NCBI GenBank assembly: GCA_965240325.2
Contig: OZ251241.1
Span: 1,178,001 to 1,242,000 of the forward strand
Direction: 5' to 3'
Length of the DNA stretch: 64,000 bases
DNA from: Rebecca billardiae RCC1528
Taxonomy: Eukaryota; Protista; Haptophyta
Shown: piece by piece, positions 24,833 to 35,000 of the stretch
Position numbering within the stretch: the first letter of the stretch is position 1
Layout: each line of letters begins with the position of its first letter
Made by a program: the position numbers and the translations under genes
The notes under the pieces: generated by a model
What the model was told of the DNA's origin: nothing
Seen by the model: the letters and a program-made list of their open reading frames with translations, nothing else
The model's database searches: none

Positions 24833-26487
24833 TCAGCGACGCGCATCCGAGAACAGATCATGAGATCAGCAGTCATCAGACCGGTCACGGTGACGAATGT
24901 CTAGCAGTGTCAGTGATCATAGGGTCGTCCTCATCACTGGGATTCGTAATGGCAATGCGGCGGCGGTCTATCTGGCGGCCTTATTATAACGTGAGTAGCA
25001 GTCTTATCAGCAGCATATACCTCTGCTGCTCGATCTGCTGCTACAGCTTGCTGACTCTGACGCCTGCCCGTTGCATACCACGTCGTTAATATAATATATA
25101 TATTGTCTGAGTCAGATCAACCCCCGACATCGACTCTCACCGCTGCGCTATTTACTCTGAGGCACAGTGACTCTCTAGCTACAGCACTGCTGTATCATTG
25201 TATATAGATAGCGACAGTCACGGCGCTTACGTATTCGCAGTTCGCACCAAGAAACCCTTTGAATGACAAGCTCACCTCGAGACGTACTTTGGTCTGTTTT
25301 GACTTTTGTGGCGGTGTCTTTGTGCAGTGTTGGATGGCGTCAATCACGCCTTGGCTCCGGTCACTGTCCGGGACGTCCAGCAGGGGTGCATTCAGACTCT
25401 CTGGGGGGGTCTGGGGGGGGCTCCCCCCAGCCGATCGAAGGACCAAATACGCCTCAATAAGGCCCCAACTCGCCAGAATTCGCATAGCAGACCGTGTTCG
25501 CTGGTGTTGGCTGAGGGCTGCGTCGTGCGGCGTCGGCTCTGCGCCGGGCGGCCATGACGCATTGCACACAGCCCCAATATCGGCGCCTCCCTCGCGAGTC
25601 AAGACGTAGCGTAGTGCAGGATCGAGCAACGCATTGACCGCTGCGGCGCACCGCGCAGGCCACGCCGCACCTTAGCACTCGCGAACAAGCTCTGAGCCAG
25701 CCAGCTGTGGCAGTCCTCTGAGGAGCTGCAGCCAAGCACGAGCTCGTGCGCATACCCGTGGCACCACGAGCTGACGGCGCGGCCCGGGGCGCGAGCAGCT
25801 AGAAGCCGACAAGCTCATGCGCACGCCCGCACCGCCGCGAGATGTGGCCGCCGGCGCGAGCAGCTCGACGCGGAAAGCGCGCAGCTTGCTCGAGTCGACG
25901 AGCAGCTTCTCGCCCATCGGTGACTCTCAGTGCACGAAGGTGCACCCGGGGCGCGAGCGCGACAGGGTGCCGCGGCCAACCAGCGGATGCGCCCGGATCA
26001 AGGCCTCCAAGACGTCTCGTCTCCTCGCCCGCTCGGCGGCGCTCCATCGTGCGAGAGACCGGTCCGGGAGCCCAAAAAAAAGTTCAGCACGATGGAGTCC
26101 TCCGTGTTCGACTGTGACGACGCGTTCAAGGACAAGGAAACATACGAAATCGTCTGCGGCTTCGGTTTTGAACCTGCGGCTTCGTCCGCCGCCCCGGAGA
26201 CCTTTCGATTGGTACCCTCATCGCTCCCTGGCTCCCAGGGGTTCGTCTAAATGCACCCCCCCCATAGGGTCAGTGGACGTCCCTGACTGTGGCTGGAGCC
26301 CCTTACAGTTTAGGCGCAGGCAGGTGAGGGGCGCGTTGCCGCACCTCGTCGAGGCGGCCATTGCAGCAAGCGGCCGCCCCGCGCTCGGAGGCACGCGCTC
26401 GGGAGCGCGCTCTGACACCACACGGGGAGGGTGCTGCACCTGGATGTTGTATCCCAGCCCAGTAACCAAGTGTGCACGTTAAAACAT

Positions 26488-27157
26488 GGGAAAAGTTCAG
26501 AACCCCGCCGATTCGCGGCGGCTTGTGCAGAATCCCGCCAAATCGGCCAGAACCTCGCGAGGGGCTTTTCCGGACGCGATGTCCCCCAGAAGTCCGATTG
26601 TCGAACATTCGGGCAAGCCACGCGCACGAAGATACCGAACCCCGCGATTGCGCCGAAACGGCGCAATCGCGTCTTTTGACGTCGCCGATTACGCGCAGTA
26701 CCCGCGAAATGAACCCCGCCGGCGAAACACTTAATCAAACACGGGGTTCGCGTCGTTTCGACGCCCTCGCGTGCTGTTTCGGCCGCGGGGCCCCTCGCGG
26801 CTCTTCGGAGCCCGCAAAAAAGCCCCGAAGAGCCCCCATCGCCCCCACGCGCGCACCTCGCGCGAACGAGGTGCGCGCGCGCGCCCGACGCGCGCGCGCG
26901 CGCGCGCGTCGGGCTGCGGGCGGGGGGAGCGGGGGAGGCGCGCGATGCCGCCGCCTGCGCGCGCGCCGCCTCACGCGCGCGTGGCCTCCCGGCGCGCGCG
27001 CACGCGCTCTGTCCGCGTGCGCCTCCGTTGGTTTGCATAATGTGCACGCCCGCCTCCTGGCGAACTCGCGCGCGACGGCCGTGTGGCGCGCGCGCGCGCA
27101 GGCGGAGCTGGTTCGTGCGGCGTTACGCGCAAGCTACGTGCACAACATGCCGCCGCC
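26488..27157 (+). repeat. Left TIR of MULE (670 bp)
   Basis: Reverse complement of 41692..42361; the translations in the ORF track (26472+ and 41298-) are identical across it. Confidence 0.95.
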
Positions 27158-30100
27158 GCAGTCGATGCGGCCGCAGTCCAAAGAGGACTACTTCGCAGTC
27201 AAGTCGAACGTGCTCGTGCAGCGTGCGTCTGCTGATGGTGAGGGCATTCCAGCCACTGTCTTGTCGTGCGAGATCAAAGCAGTCCCCACGCGCGACGGCA
27301 AGCATCGCGCTTCTTACACGTACATCGTCGGGCCGCTACCCGACGTTGACGCGGAACAGTGGGCGCTCGCAGCTGGTACGATTCTATACCCCCAGATGGC
27401 AGCGAGTCAAAGGCGGGTGACGCCAGAGCAGCTCACGAAGCTGCCGCTCGCGACGGGCGTTGGCGCATCTGTGGCCACGCCCGGCGCGTCGCCGCAGCGG
27501 GCGGCGGCGCCGCAGCCCGGTTCGCAGGCGCCGTCACGCACGAGCGCACGACTTGCTAATGCAGGTGGCGGCGTCGCCGCTGGCGGCGGTGCTGGCAGTG
27601 GTGCAGCCCAGGGTGGCGGCGCAGGCGTGCGCAGCGGCCTGCGCGCAACGGAGACGTGCTGCGACGCCGCCGCCGCCACCACCGGTCGCGGCACCGGTGG
27701 TGCCGCCGGTGTCGCCACCGCCGGCTGCGGCGGTGGCGACACCGGCCGCTGCGACCCTGCCACCACTACATCCAAGGGGGGGAACCGTCGTGTCGGCGGC
27801 GGTGGCCGCCTCGCCGGCACCGCTGCTGCCGGCGCCGCCACCGTCACCGCCGCTGCCGCCACCGCCGCTGCCGCTGGCGGCAGCGGCGGTGACGGTGGCG
27901 GCGCCGGCAGCAGCGGTGTCGGCGGCGGTGGCCGCCCCGCCGGCAGCAGCGGTGTCGGCGGCGGTGGCCGCCCTGCCGGCACCGGTGGCCGCCCCGCCTG
28001 CAGCAGCGGTGCCGGCGGGGCGGCCACCGCGGCCGACACCGCTGCTGCCGCCGCCGCCGCCGCCGCCACCGGCGCCGGCGCCGGCGCCGGCGCCGCCGCG
28101 AGCGGTGGCGCCACCGTCCCCGCAGTCCCCCCCGCCGCCAGCGATGGGGCAGGCGGCGGCGGCGGCAGCGGCGGTGGGATCGGCGGCGGCGGCGGCGGCA
28201 GCGGCGGCGGCGGCAGCGGCGGTGTTCCTGGCGGCGGCGGCGGCGGCAGCAGCGCCGCTGCCGCCGCCGCCGCCGCTGACGCCGCCGGCGATGCCGGCGG
28301 CGTCACTACGGAGGAGATGATGGCGCGCGTGAGCCAGCACCTCACGCCGCCGCGCGCCGCCGCCGGTTCTACCTCTGTCTTGCGCGGTGCCGCGAAGCGG
28401 CAGTCGGTGCCGGCGCCGTCGCCACTCCCGTCGCCACTCGCCGTCTTCGTCACTCCGACCGCTTTGCACGCGTTCGACACGCGCGGATCCTCGGCGTTCA
28501 CGCAGCAGCCTCCTGTCGCGCGTCTGAAGCCGTCGCTCATGATCTTCATGGACAAGCACAGCGCGCAGCTGGGCGACGGGGCGCGGACAATAACGTCCCA
28601 AAACGCGGTCGGCCTGACTTCACGCACGGCGGTGGTCCGCCGTTACCACGCCGTGCTCACGTCGGTGGAGAGCGTGCGCGAACTCACCGAAGCCGGCGCC
28701 CTCCTGCCGGCCGCCGCCGTCGCGGCTGCGGTGCGCGCATCTTTCAGCGCCTGCTCCCCGCCGACACCACCGGCGCCGGGAGGCGCAGGTGCCGCGGACG
28801 CGGCCGCTGCCCTGCGCGCTGCGCGCGCTCACTTCGTGGAGTGCGCTGAGGAGGCTGAGGGGCGCCAGCTGTTGCCCTTGCCGTACGCCCCCGGCCCGCA
28901 CCTGGCCGTCACTGCGCCCCTGCCCGGCGCAGAGCGCCCGGCGGTCGTGCCGCGCGCGCAGCGCACATCGGCTGGGGGCAAGCCGCTGGCGCTCTTGTGG
29001 ACCGCAGCTGAGCACGCGGCGCTGGGCATCCCCGCCGACCTCGCCAACGTCCCGCGTGTGTGGCCCGCGCTGGTGCCCAAACCGGCGGCGTGCGGCGCGG
29101 CGCCGACGCCCTCGTCGGAACCCGCCGCGGCGTCGCCTCCGCTGCTGCTGCACGCCGTGGTGGCAGTGCGCGCTCGCCCGCGCGCTCGCCCGGCGCCGCA
29201 TGCCGGCGGCGATGGCGCCGACGCCAGCGATGGCGCAGCGGCGCGCCCGTCCGCGGAGGCGACGCTGCAGATGGCGTACGCCGTCCGGGACACGGACGGG
29301 TGGCGCGTGCTGCAGCAAGCCGAACTCGTCACCTCCTTGACGGCCGAGGTGACGCACTACGCGGACGCCGACTTCGGCACTGCCGTGAGCAGAGGCGACA
29401 TCGTCGCCGTGCAGCTGGCGTCCATGGCGCCGCCACCGCCGGATGAGCCCGCGTGCGCACGCGCGGCTGCGGGCGGCGCCGGCGGCGGCCCAGCCAGCCG
29501 CACTAGCGGCGCGCCGGTGCTCGACGCTGAGGACGAGGTGGCCAAAATCCCGTCGGGGATGCTCGCGGCGCCCGACATTCTGCTCACGGCGCAGGGCTGG
29601 ACGGCCCTCACCGGCGTCGCCGCTCCCACTACGTGGACGGACGCGGGCGCACCCAAGTCGCACCTGCAGCACGCTGCGTACATCGCAGAGGGCGTGCTCG
29701 CGTTCCTGGGGAGTCTCCGCGCGCACGCGCCCGATGCGCTGCCGCAGCTGTACCGCACGCCCGCCTCTGGCGACCTGCTGGATGTGCTGCGTGTGGTGTG
29801 TCTCGCCGGGAGGCCGCCCGAGTGCGCGCTCGAGGGCACGCCGATCGAACCCTGGCTCGATCTCGCTGAGCGCATGGGCACGTCCTTCGACTTCTCGCGC
29901 TTCGCCGGAAGCGACTCAGGCGACACCCTCGCGGCACTCGCGTGCCACGCGGAGGCTCTGAAACGCCGTGGGGCCGGGGCGACGTGCCTGGCAGCGGCGA
30001 TCGCGTGCGCCACGGTGCTGACGCAGCGCGTCTCCCTCCCTCACTTGCGCTACGACGCGCTGGCAGACGTCTACCAAACCTTGCGCGGGGACGAGTACTC

Positions 30101-31247
30101 GTTCCTCACCAAGGTCCGCGTCGCGCGCGCGCGCTTCGTGCTCCCGCCCCCCGACGGCGCCGACGGCGCGCGCGCCGACGCGACGTCGGGGGGCACCGCC
30201 AAGCAGCAGCAGAAGCAGTCCGCTGCGCCGTCAGCCGACGCGCGCATCCCGTACTTCGAGATCCAGGCAGTGTCCGAGGACTGCATCGCCCTGTACAACC
30301 AGGTGGAGGGGGCTGATGCGGGGTCGCAGTGGGCGCCCAACCCGGCGGACTTGCTCTCCTTCATGTTCGTGCCCGGAAACACGCACTCGTGGAGGTATGA
30401 GGAGATGAGAAACCGCAAGTCACAGAAGCGCACGCGCGGCGTGCCGAAGCCCGCGGGCAACTTCTGCACGCTCTTCTTCACAGTGTGCACGTACCCGCCC
30501 ATGCAGGGAGCTGGCGCGCCGCCCCCCACGGAGCGTGGCCTGAGGGACGAGACTGCCTCCATCACCGACTTCCGCGGGCTGTGCTTCACCATCATGCAGG
30601 ACGAGAAGCCGAGGGGCAATGACGTGCTGTGGACGCACCCGGCTGCCCCCGTGCAGTCCCGCGCTGCGGGCGGCGCCGAGGCGCCGAACGGCGCCGACGC
30701 GCCCAAGATGTACGCGGGGCGCCTGGACGTGCCGTGGCACCCCCCCGCGCCCGCGGACGCGCCCGCGGCTGCCGCCGCCACCGGAGCGCGCAAGCGGCGC
30801 GCTTCCACGCAACGGGCTGCCGCGCCCCCGGATGCCGCGACCACCCGCCCGCCCACCACGCGCGCGCCCGCCCGGGGCGCCGCGCCGGCCGGGGGGAAAG
30901 TCGCCAGACGTGGCGCTGCCCAGCCGCGCGCCTCGCAAGCCGACGTGCCCACCATCAACCTCGACGAGCACGGGCGCGGCGACGACGAGGTCGTCGAGGC
31001 TGTCGCGGCGCGCCTGTCGCGGATGATCGAACCCGTCGCGGCGCGCCTCGACGGCCTCGACGAGCGCACCGCCGGCATCGAAGAGCGCACCGCCGGCATC
31101 GAAGAGCGCACCGCAGCGGGCCAGCGCGAATTGGCCGTCATGCGCGCGCGGCAAGACGATCTCACACGCATGCTGGCACAGACCGGCACTGTCCTTGAGC
31201 GCTTGGTGGCAAGGACCGAGCCGCGCGAGGGCGCGAGCCGGCGCTGA
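27147..31247 (+). CDS. MULE accessory protein (~1,366 aa): N-terminal Tudor/SH3-like segment, Gly/Ala-rich linker, unknown globular regions, C-terminal coiled coil
   Basis: Uninterrupted ORF from the TIR-embedded ATG (MPPPQSM). FAVKSNVLVQR..IPATVLS..YTYIV..RRVTPEQLTKL resembles an SH3-barrel pattern; heptad repeat ERTAGIE near the C-terminus. An upstream start via TIR intron 26871..27101 is possible. Confidence 0.7.
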   Translation: MPPPQSMRPQSKEDYFAVKSNVLVQRASADGEGIPATVLSCEIKAVPTRDGKHRASYTYIVGPLPDVDAEQWALAAGTILYPQMAASQRRVTPEQLTKLPLATGVGASVATPGASPQRAAAPQPGSQAPSRTSARLANAGGGVAAGGGAGSGAAQGGGAGVRSGLRATETCCDAAAATTGRGTGGAAGVATAGCGGGDTGRCDPATTTSKGGNRRVGGGGRLAGTAAAGAATVTAAAATAAAAGGSGGDGGGAGSSGVGGGGRPAGSSGVGGGGRPAGTGGRPACSSGAGGAATAADTAAAAAAAAATGAGAGAGAAASGGATVPAVPPAASDGAGGGGGSGGGIGGGGGGSGGGGSGGVPGGGGGGSSAAAAAAAADAAGDAGGVTTEEMMARVSQHLTPPRAAAGSTSVLRGAAKRQSVPAPSPLPSPLAVFVTPTALHAFDTRGSSAFTQQPPVARLKPSLMIFMDKHSAQLGDGARTITSQNAVGLTSRTAVVRRYHAVLTSVESVRELTEAGALLPAAAVAAAVRASFSACSPPTPPAPGGAGAADAAAALRAARAHFVECAEEAEGRQLLPLPYAPGPHLAVTAPLPGAERPAVVPRAQRTSAGGKPLALLWTAAEHAALGIPADLANVPRVWPALVPKPAACGAAPTPSSEPAAASPPLLLHAVVAVRARPRARPAPHAGGDGADASDGAAARPSAEATLQMAYAVRDTDGWRVLQQAELVTSLTAEVTHYADADFGTAVSRGDIVAVQLASMAPPPPDEPACARAAAGGAGGGPASRTSGAPVLDAEDEVAKIPSGMLAAPDILLTAQGWTALTGVAAPTTWTDAGAPKSHLQHAAYIAEGVLAFLGSLRAHAPDALPQLYRTPASGDLLDVLRVVCLAGRPPECALEGTPIEPWLDLAERMGTSFDFSRFAGSDSGDTLAALACHAEALKRRGAGATCLAAAIACATVLTQRVSLPHLRYDALADVYQTLRGDEYSFLTKVRVARARFVLPPPDGADGARADATSGGTAKQQQKQSAAPSADARIPYFEIQAVSEDCIALYNQVEGADAGSQWAPNPADLLSFMFVPGNTHSWRYEEMRNRKSQKRTRGVPKPAGNFCTLFFTVCTYPPMQGAGAPPPTERGLRDETASITDFRGLCFTIMQDEKPRGNDVLWTHPAAPVQSRAAGGAEAPNGADAPKMYAGRLDVPWHPPAPADAPAAAAATGARKRRASTQRAAAPPDAATTRPPTTRAPARGAAPAGGKVARRGAAQPRASQADVPTINLDEHGRGDDEVVEAVAARLSRMIEPVAARLDGLDERTAGIEERTAGIEERTAAGQRELAVMRARQDDLTRMLAQTGTVLERLVARTEPREGASRR

Positions 31248-32044
31248 CCGTGCGAGCGACCGCTGGGCGGAGGCGGTGCGCCGAACGCACGTCGGCTGCG
31301 GTGCTGCCGAGGGCGCACACCGCCGCCAGCAGTGCGCCGCCGCCGTCGCTGCTCACGCGCTGGGCGCACGCGCCCGGGCCGGTGGGGCGGCGCGGCGGCG
31401 GCGTGCGCGCGCACCGCGCGCCCGGCCAGTGCGCGACACCGTGTCGCACTTACCCGTGCCCATCCATACTGGTGCGCGCCGCGCGACGGGCTTGCGCGTC
31501 TCCGGTGCGCGCGGCACCACGCCCGTGCACACCGCCTGACCCCCCGTTGCTCACCGGTGCCTGCGCGCCGACCCGGTGCACCGTCTGACTGCGCGCGCAT
31601 GCGCATGCGCAGTGACCTTGCCCTTGCCGTATTCCGCCATGCAGTTGCACCCGCAGTCCTTGGCCGACGGTGCTCAATCGGCCGGCTTCGTCCGAGTGCG
31701 CGTCGTCCGCACAGACAGTGCTTCCCGCCGCGAGTTGGCGTGTCACCTTCAGTGTCACCTGCCTAAGTAGGAGTACACAGCCGCTGGTGCCGCCGATGCG
31801 GAGCACCCTTATCACACAGCTCCCCGTGCCGTCTGAGCCTGAGGCAGCCCTGCACTTGTCCGCGGGCGACTCAGCCCCCGACCATCTGAAGCGGCACGAA
31901 TTATTCACCGAGCCCCCATCTATGCACCCATCGACATGCAGTCCCAGTCACGCACATCCCACATCTCTTCCCCCGCACGTGCCCAACTCCCCGTAACGTG
32001 CCCGTCTCCCACTGCGGGGCACGGACGCCACTTCATCCGCCAAT

Positions 32045-35000
32045 CTACTCGCCACTGCCGCCGTCGGCGCCCGCGGGCGCGTGCGCAGACGCGCGCCGGG
32101 CGCGCTCCCGCGACAAGCGCGCGAGCAAACGAGTGGCTGAGTGCTCCTCGTACCCGTCAAGGCGGGAGTCCAGTGCCGGCTGCGCGAGGACACGGTCGTC
32201 GTCCGCGCTGTCGTAGTCCATGGGCTCGCCTTCCGCGGGGTCCTCGGGGCCGGCGGGCGAGTGCAATGAGAACACCCGCGTGTTGAAGCGCCGCGTGGCG
32301 CCACGGTAGCGAGTGAGCCCGACCTCGTCCACGCGCGAGAGCAGCATGCGGTCGGCCATGTGTGGCGCCAGCGTGGGCTGATACTCCGACGCCCCGTTGT
32401 GGGTCTCGTCGTCCTCCACGAGCGCACGCCAGCGTGCACGCGCCTTCGCGCAGTGACGCTCCGCGCACGCCGCCACGTACGGCCAGCGCCCTTCGCCGCC
32501 CGCGGAGAGCGCGCGCGCGGCCGGCGCGGCGTCCGCGCCGGTATCCACCACCGCGTGGAAGTGCCCTGGGTGGTACACGACGGCCACCCAGTCAGTGCCC
32601 ATGGTGCCGAGGTCGAGCCTGCGCAACGCGTGCACGTCCTCCTTCTTCGTCAGGTCGAAGCTCCCCTCGGAGAAGCACCTCCGGCGTGTGGTGCTGTCCG
32701 CCGCCGCATCGCGCGCTCGCTTGGGCGCCCGCCACAACGACACCCGCGGGAACAGGTTCACCTTGTCTGCGTCCATACGATCGCCGCGCGCGGTGAACGC
32801 CAGGACGTGCACACCCAGCGCACGCGACGCGCTGCCCTGCGTCTGCGAGCCTGGCGTCCACTCGCCACCGCGGCGGAATTCCTCCCAGGCCGAGTCGTAG
32901 TCCGCGCCGCCACGGTACAAACGCGCGGCGTACCGCAGGCTGGTCCGGTTCGTGCCCGCCCATCGGCCCTCGAGCTCCATGTCCTGGCCCGTGCCGCGCT
33001 TGCGCAGCTCGTCGGCGCGCACGGCCAGGACGCCGGCGAGCTCACGCTCCGCAAGCTCGCCGTCCATGGGCTGCCCATCCCACATCGTCGGCCCGCACTC
33101 GTTGGGGCCGGTCGGGTGGAAGAACGACGCCATGTAGGACACCGTCGCGGAGCGCGCGCGCTTGGCGCGCACGTTCATGCGCTGCATAAGCGCGTTGCGC
33201 GCCGCGCGCGTGGGGGCCGCCGCGAGGGCGGCCGAATCGTGCGCAAGGATAGCGTGGAAGAAGCAGTCCCCGTCGCCGGGCACGTCCACCTCGCGCACCG
33301 TCGGGCCGAACAACGTCTTCAGCACGTAGGCCACGGTCGGGGCCCTGGACCCACCCCGACCGTCCCCGGCGAGCGACCACAATGGCAAGCCGGTGGCAGA
33401 CGTCGCCAGCAATGGCGCCTCACGCGCGCGCGCGCGGCTCGCGTCCCACCGCGCGAGTGGGAGGCCGAGCTCGGGCATGAGCTGGGCTGCGGCCGACGGC
33501 GGCTCGTGCGCGGCGGTGCCAGGCAACCCAGAGCCTTCGTCCGCCCCGGCCGGACCCGCCTCCGAGCGCCCCGGCCGCGCGCGCGCTGCGAACTGGGCGA
33601 TGATCTTGTCGGGAATGCTTCTGGCGGTCTTCCAGGCGGTGCGCAGTGTGTTGTCCAACGACGTGTGCGCGGGCGCCCGCTCGCGCGCACGCATGAAACG
33701 GTTGGCCGACGCCTCGCCCACGCCGGCGGCGCTCGTGACCACCCTCCTGACCGCGACGTGGCGGTCGCCGAGAGCGGCGTATGCCGCCTCAGCCTCCGCC
33801 ATGACGTTCGCCGCGCCGGGCGCTGGCGGGGCCACCCCTGGCGTGCCCGCGCAGGGGGGAGGGCCTGCACCGTCGCCGTCATCCGCGGGCGCCGTTGGCA
33901 CGGCACCCGGCGGTGGCACTGCACCGCCGCGCGCGTGAGCTGCGTCGGTGCCCGCGCCCGCCCCCGTCGAGGTGCGTGGCGGCGCGCCACGCGACGCCGG
34001 CGGCGCTGCGCCGAAGCGCACTGACGGGCCCGGTGGAGCCTGGGCCGCGTACGCCCGCGCGCTGTGTGGCTTCTTGCGCGGTTTGCGCGGCTGGCGGGCG
34101 GGCTTCGCGGGCGCATCACCCGCGCCGGCGGAGGCGTCAGGTGTGCGCGAGCCACCTGGCGCGCCAGAGGCGCGCGCGCCCCCGCCGCCGCACGCACCGT
34201 CGCCGCCGCCAGCGCGCGCACGGGGCGCGCCGGGCCCGCGCGCGTACGCCGCCTCCTGCGGCCTGGCACCCGTAGGCGGCGCCGCAGCCGGCGCGCCTTC
34301 CTCCTCGGCACGCCACGCGCGCAGCTTCTTCCACGCGCCGGCGACAAGGAGGAAGTAGCAGCACGTGCACATGTACAGCCCACTGTCCATCGGACCCAGA
34401 TGCCACACGTACTCGCATTGCGCGGGTGCGTGGATGAAGCACGCGCACCCCTGGCACGTTAGCCTGGGGTCCACCGGGGGCGCGCTGGCCGGCCACGCAG
34501 CGCCGAGGTCGTCGGCTTGCGGGTCGTAGCACGCGCAGCAGCGCAGCAGGGCCGCCGTCCTCGCGTCGAACGTGGACCAGGCGCGCAGCCGCTGGTTGAA
34601 CGTCTGAGGCGCGGCCACGGTCCCGCCCACGCGCACGTTGACGTTGCGCGTGCAGAGCACGTCCTGGAGCGCGATGCCGTACAGGTGCGACGGGAGTTCA
34701 CTGAGCACCTGCTCGAGCGTCGAGTTCGCCGCTTCGCGCACGCGCGCGGCGAAGCCGCCGTCGGCGGTCAAGGGCCGCACGTACGTTTGCGTCGAGCGCC
34801 CGATGGGCACTGAGTCGTACTCGGAGCGCGAGTGCGGCGCGCGGCGGGCGCGGCCTCCGCGCGGCCCTCGCTCCCAGAAGCTGGGCGCGCGGTCCGCGTT
34901 CGCCGGCCTGCCCGCGCGCGCGGGCATCGCCGGCACGGCGACGTACTCCGCCAAGAGCGATTGCAACTGCTGTGACGGTAGCAGAAGGGGCTGCACAGCG

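Noticed and set aside
25195-26470. Broken ORFs and a GGGGGG-CT-CCCCCC hairpin left of the MULE
   Set aside because: No identifiable family or boundaries; could be a decayed gene or TE but unsupported.
26472-27146. N-terminal ~225 aa of the 1591-aa ORF
   Set aside because: Starts outside the element, crosses the TSD and reads through TIR and intron-like sequence; not used as the start.
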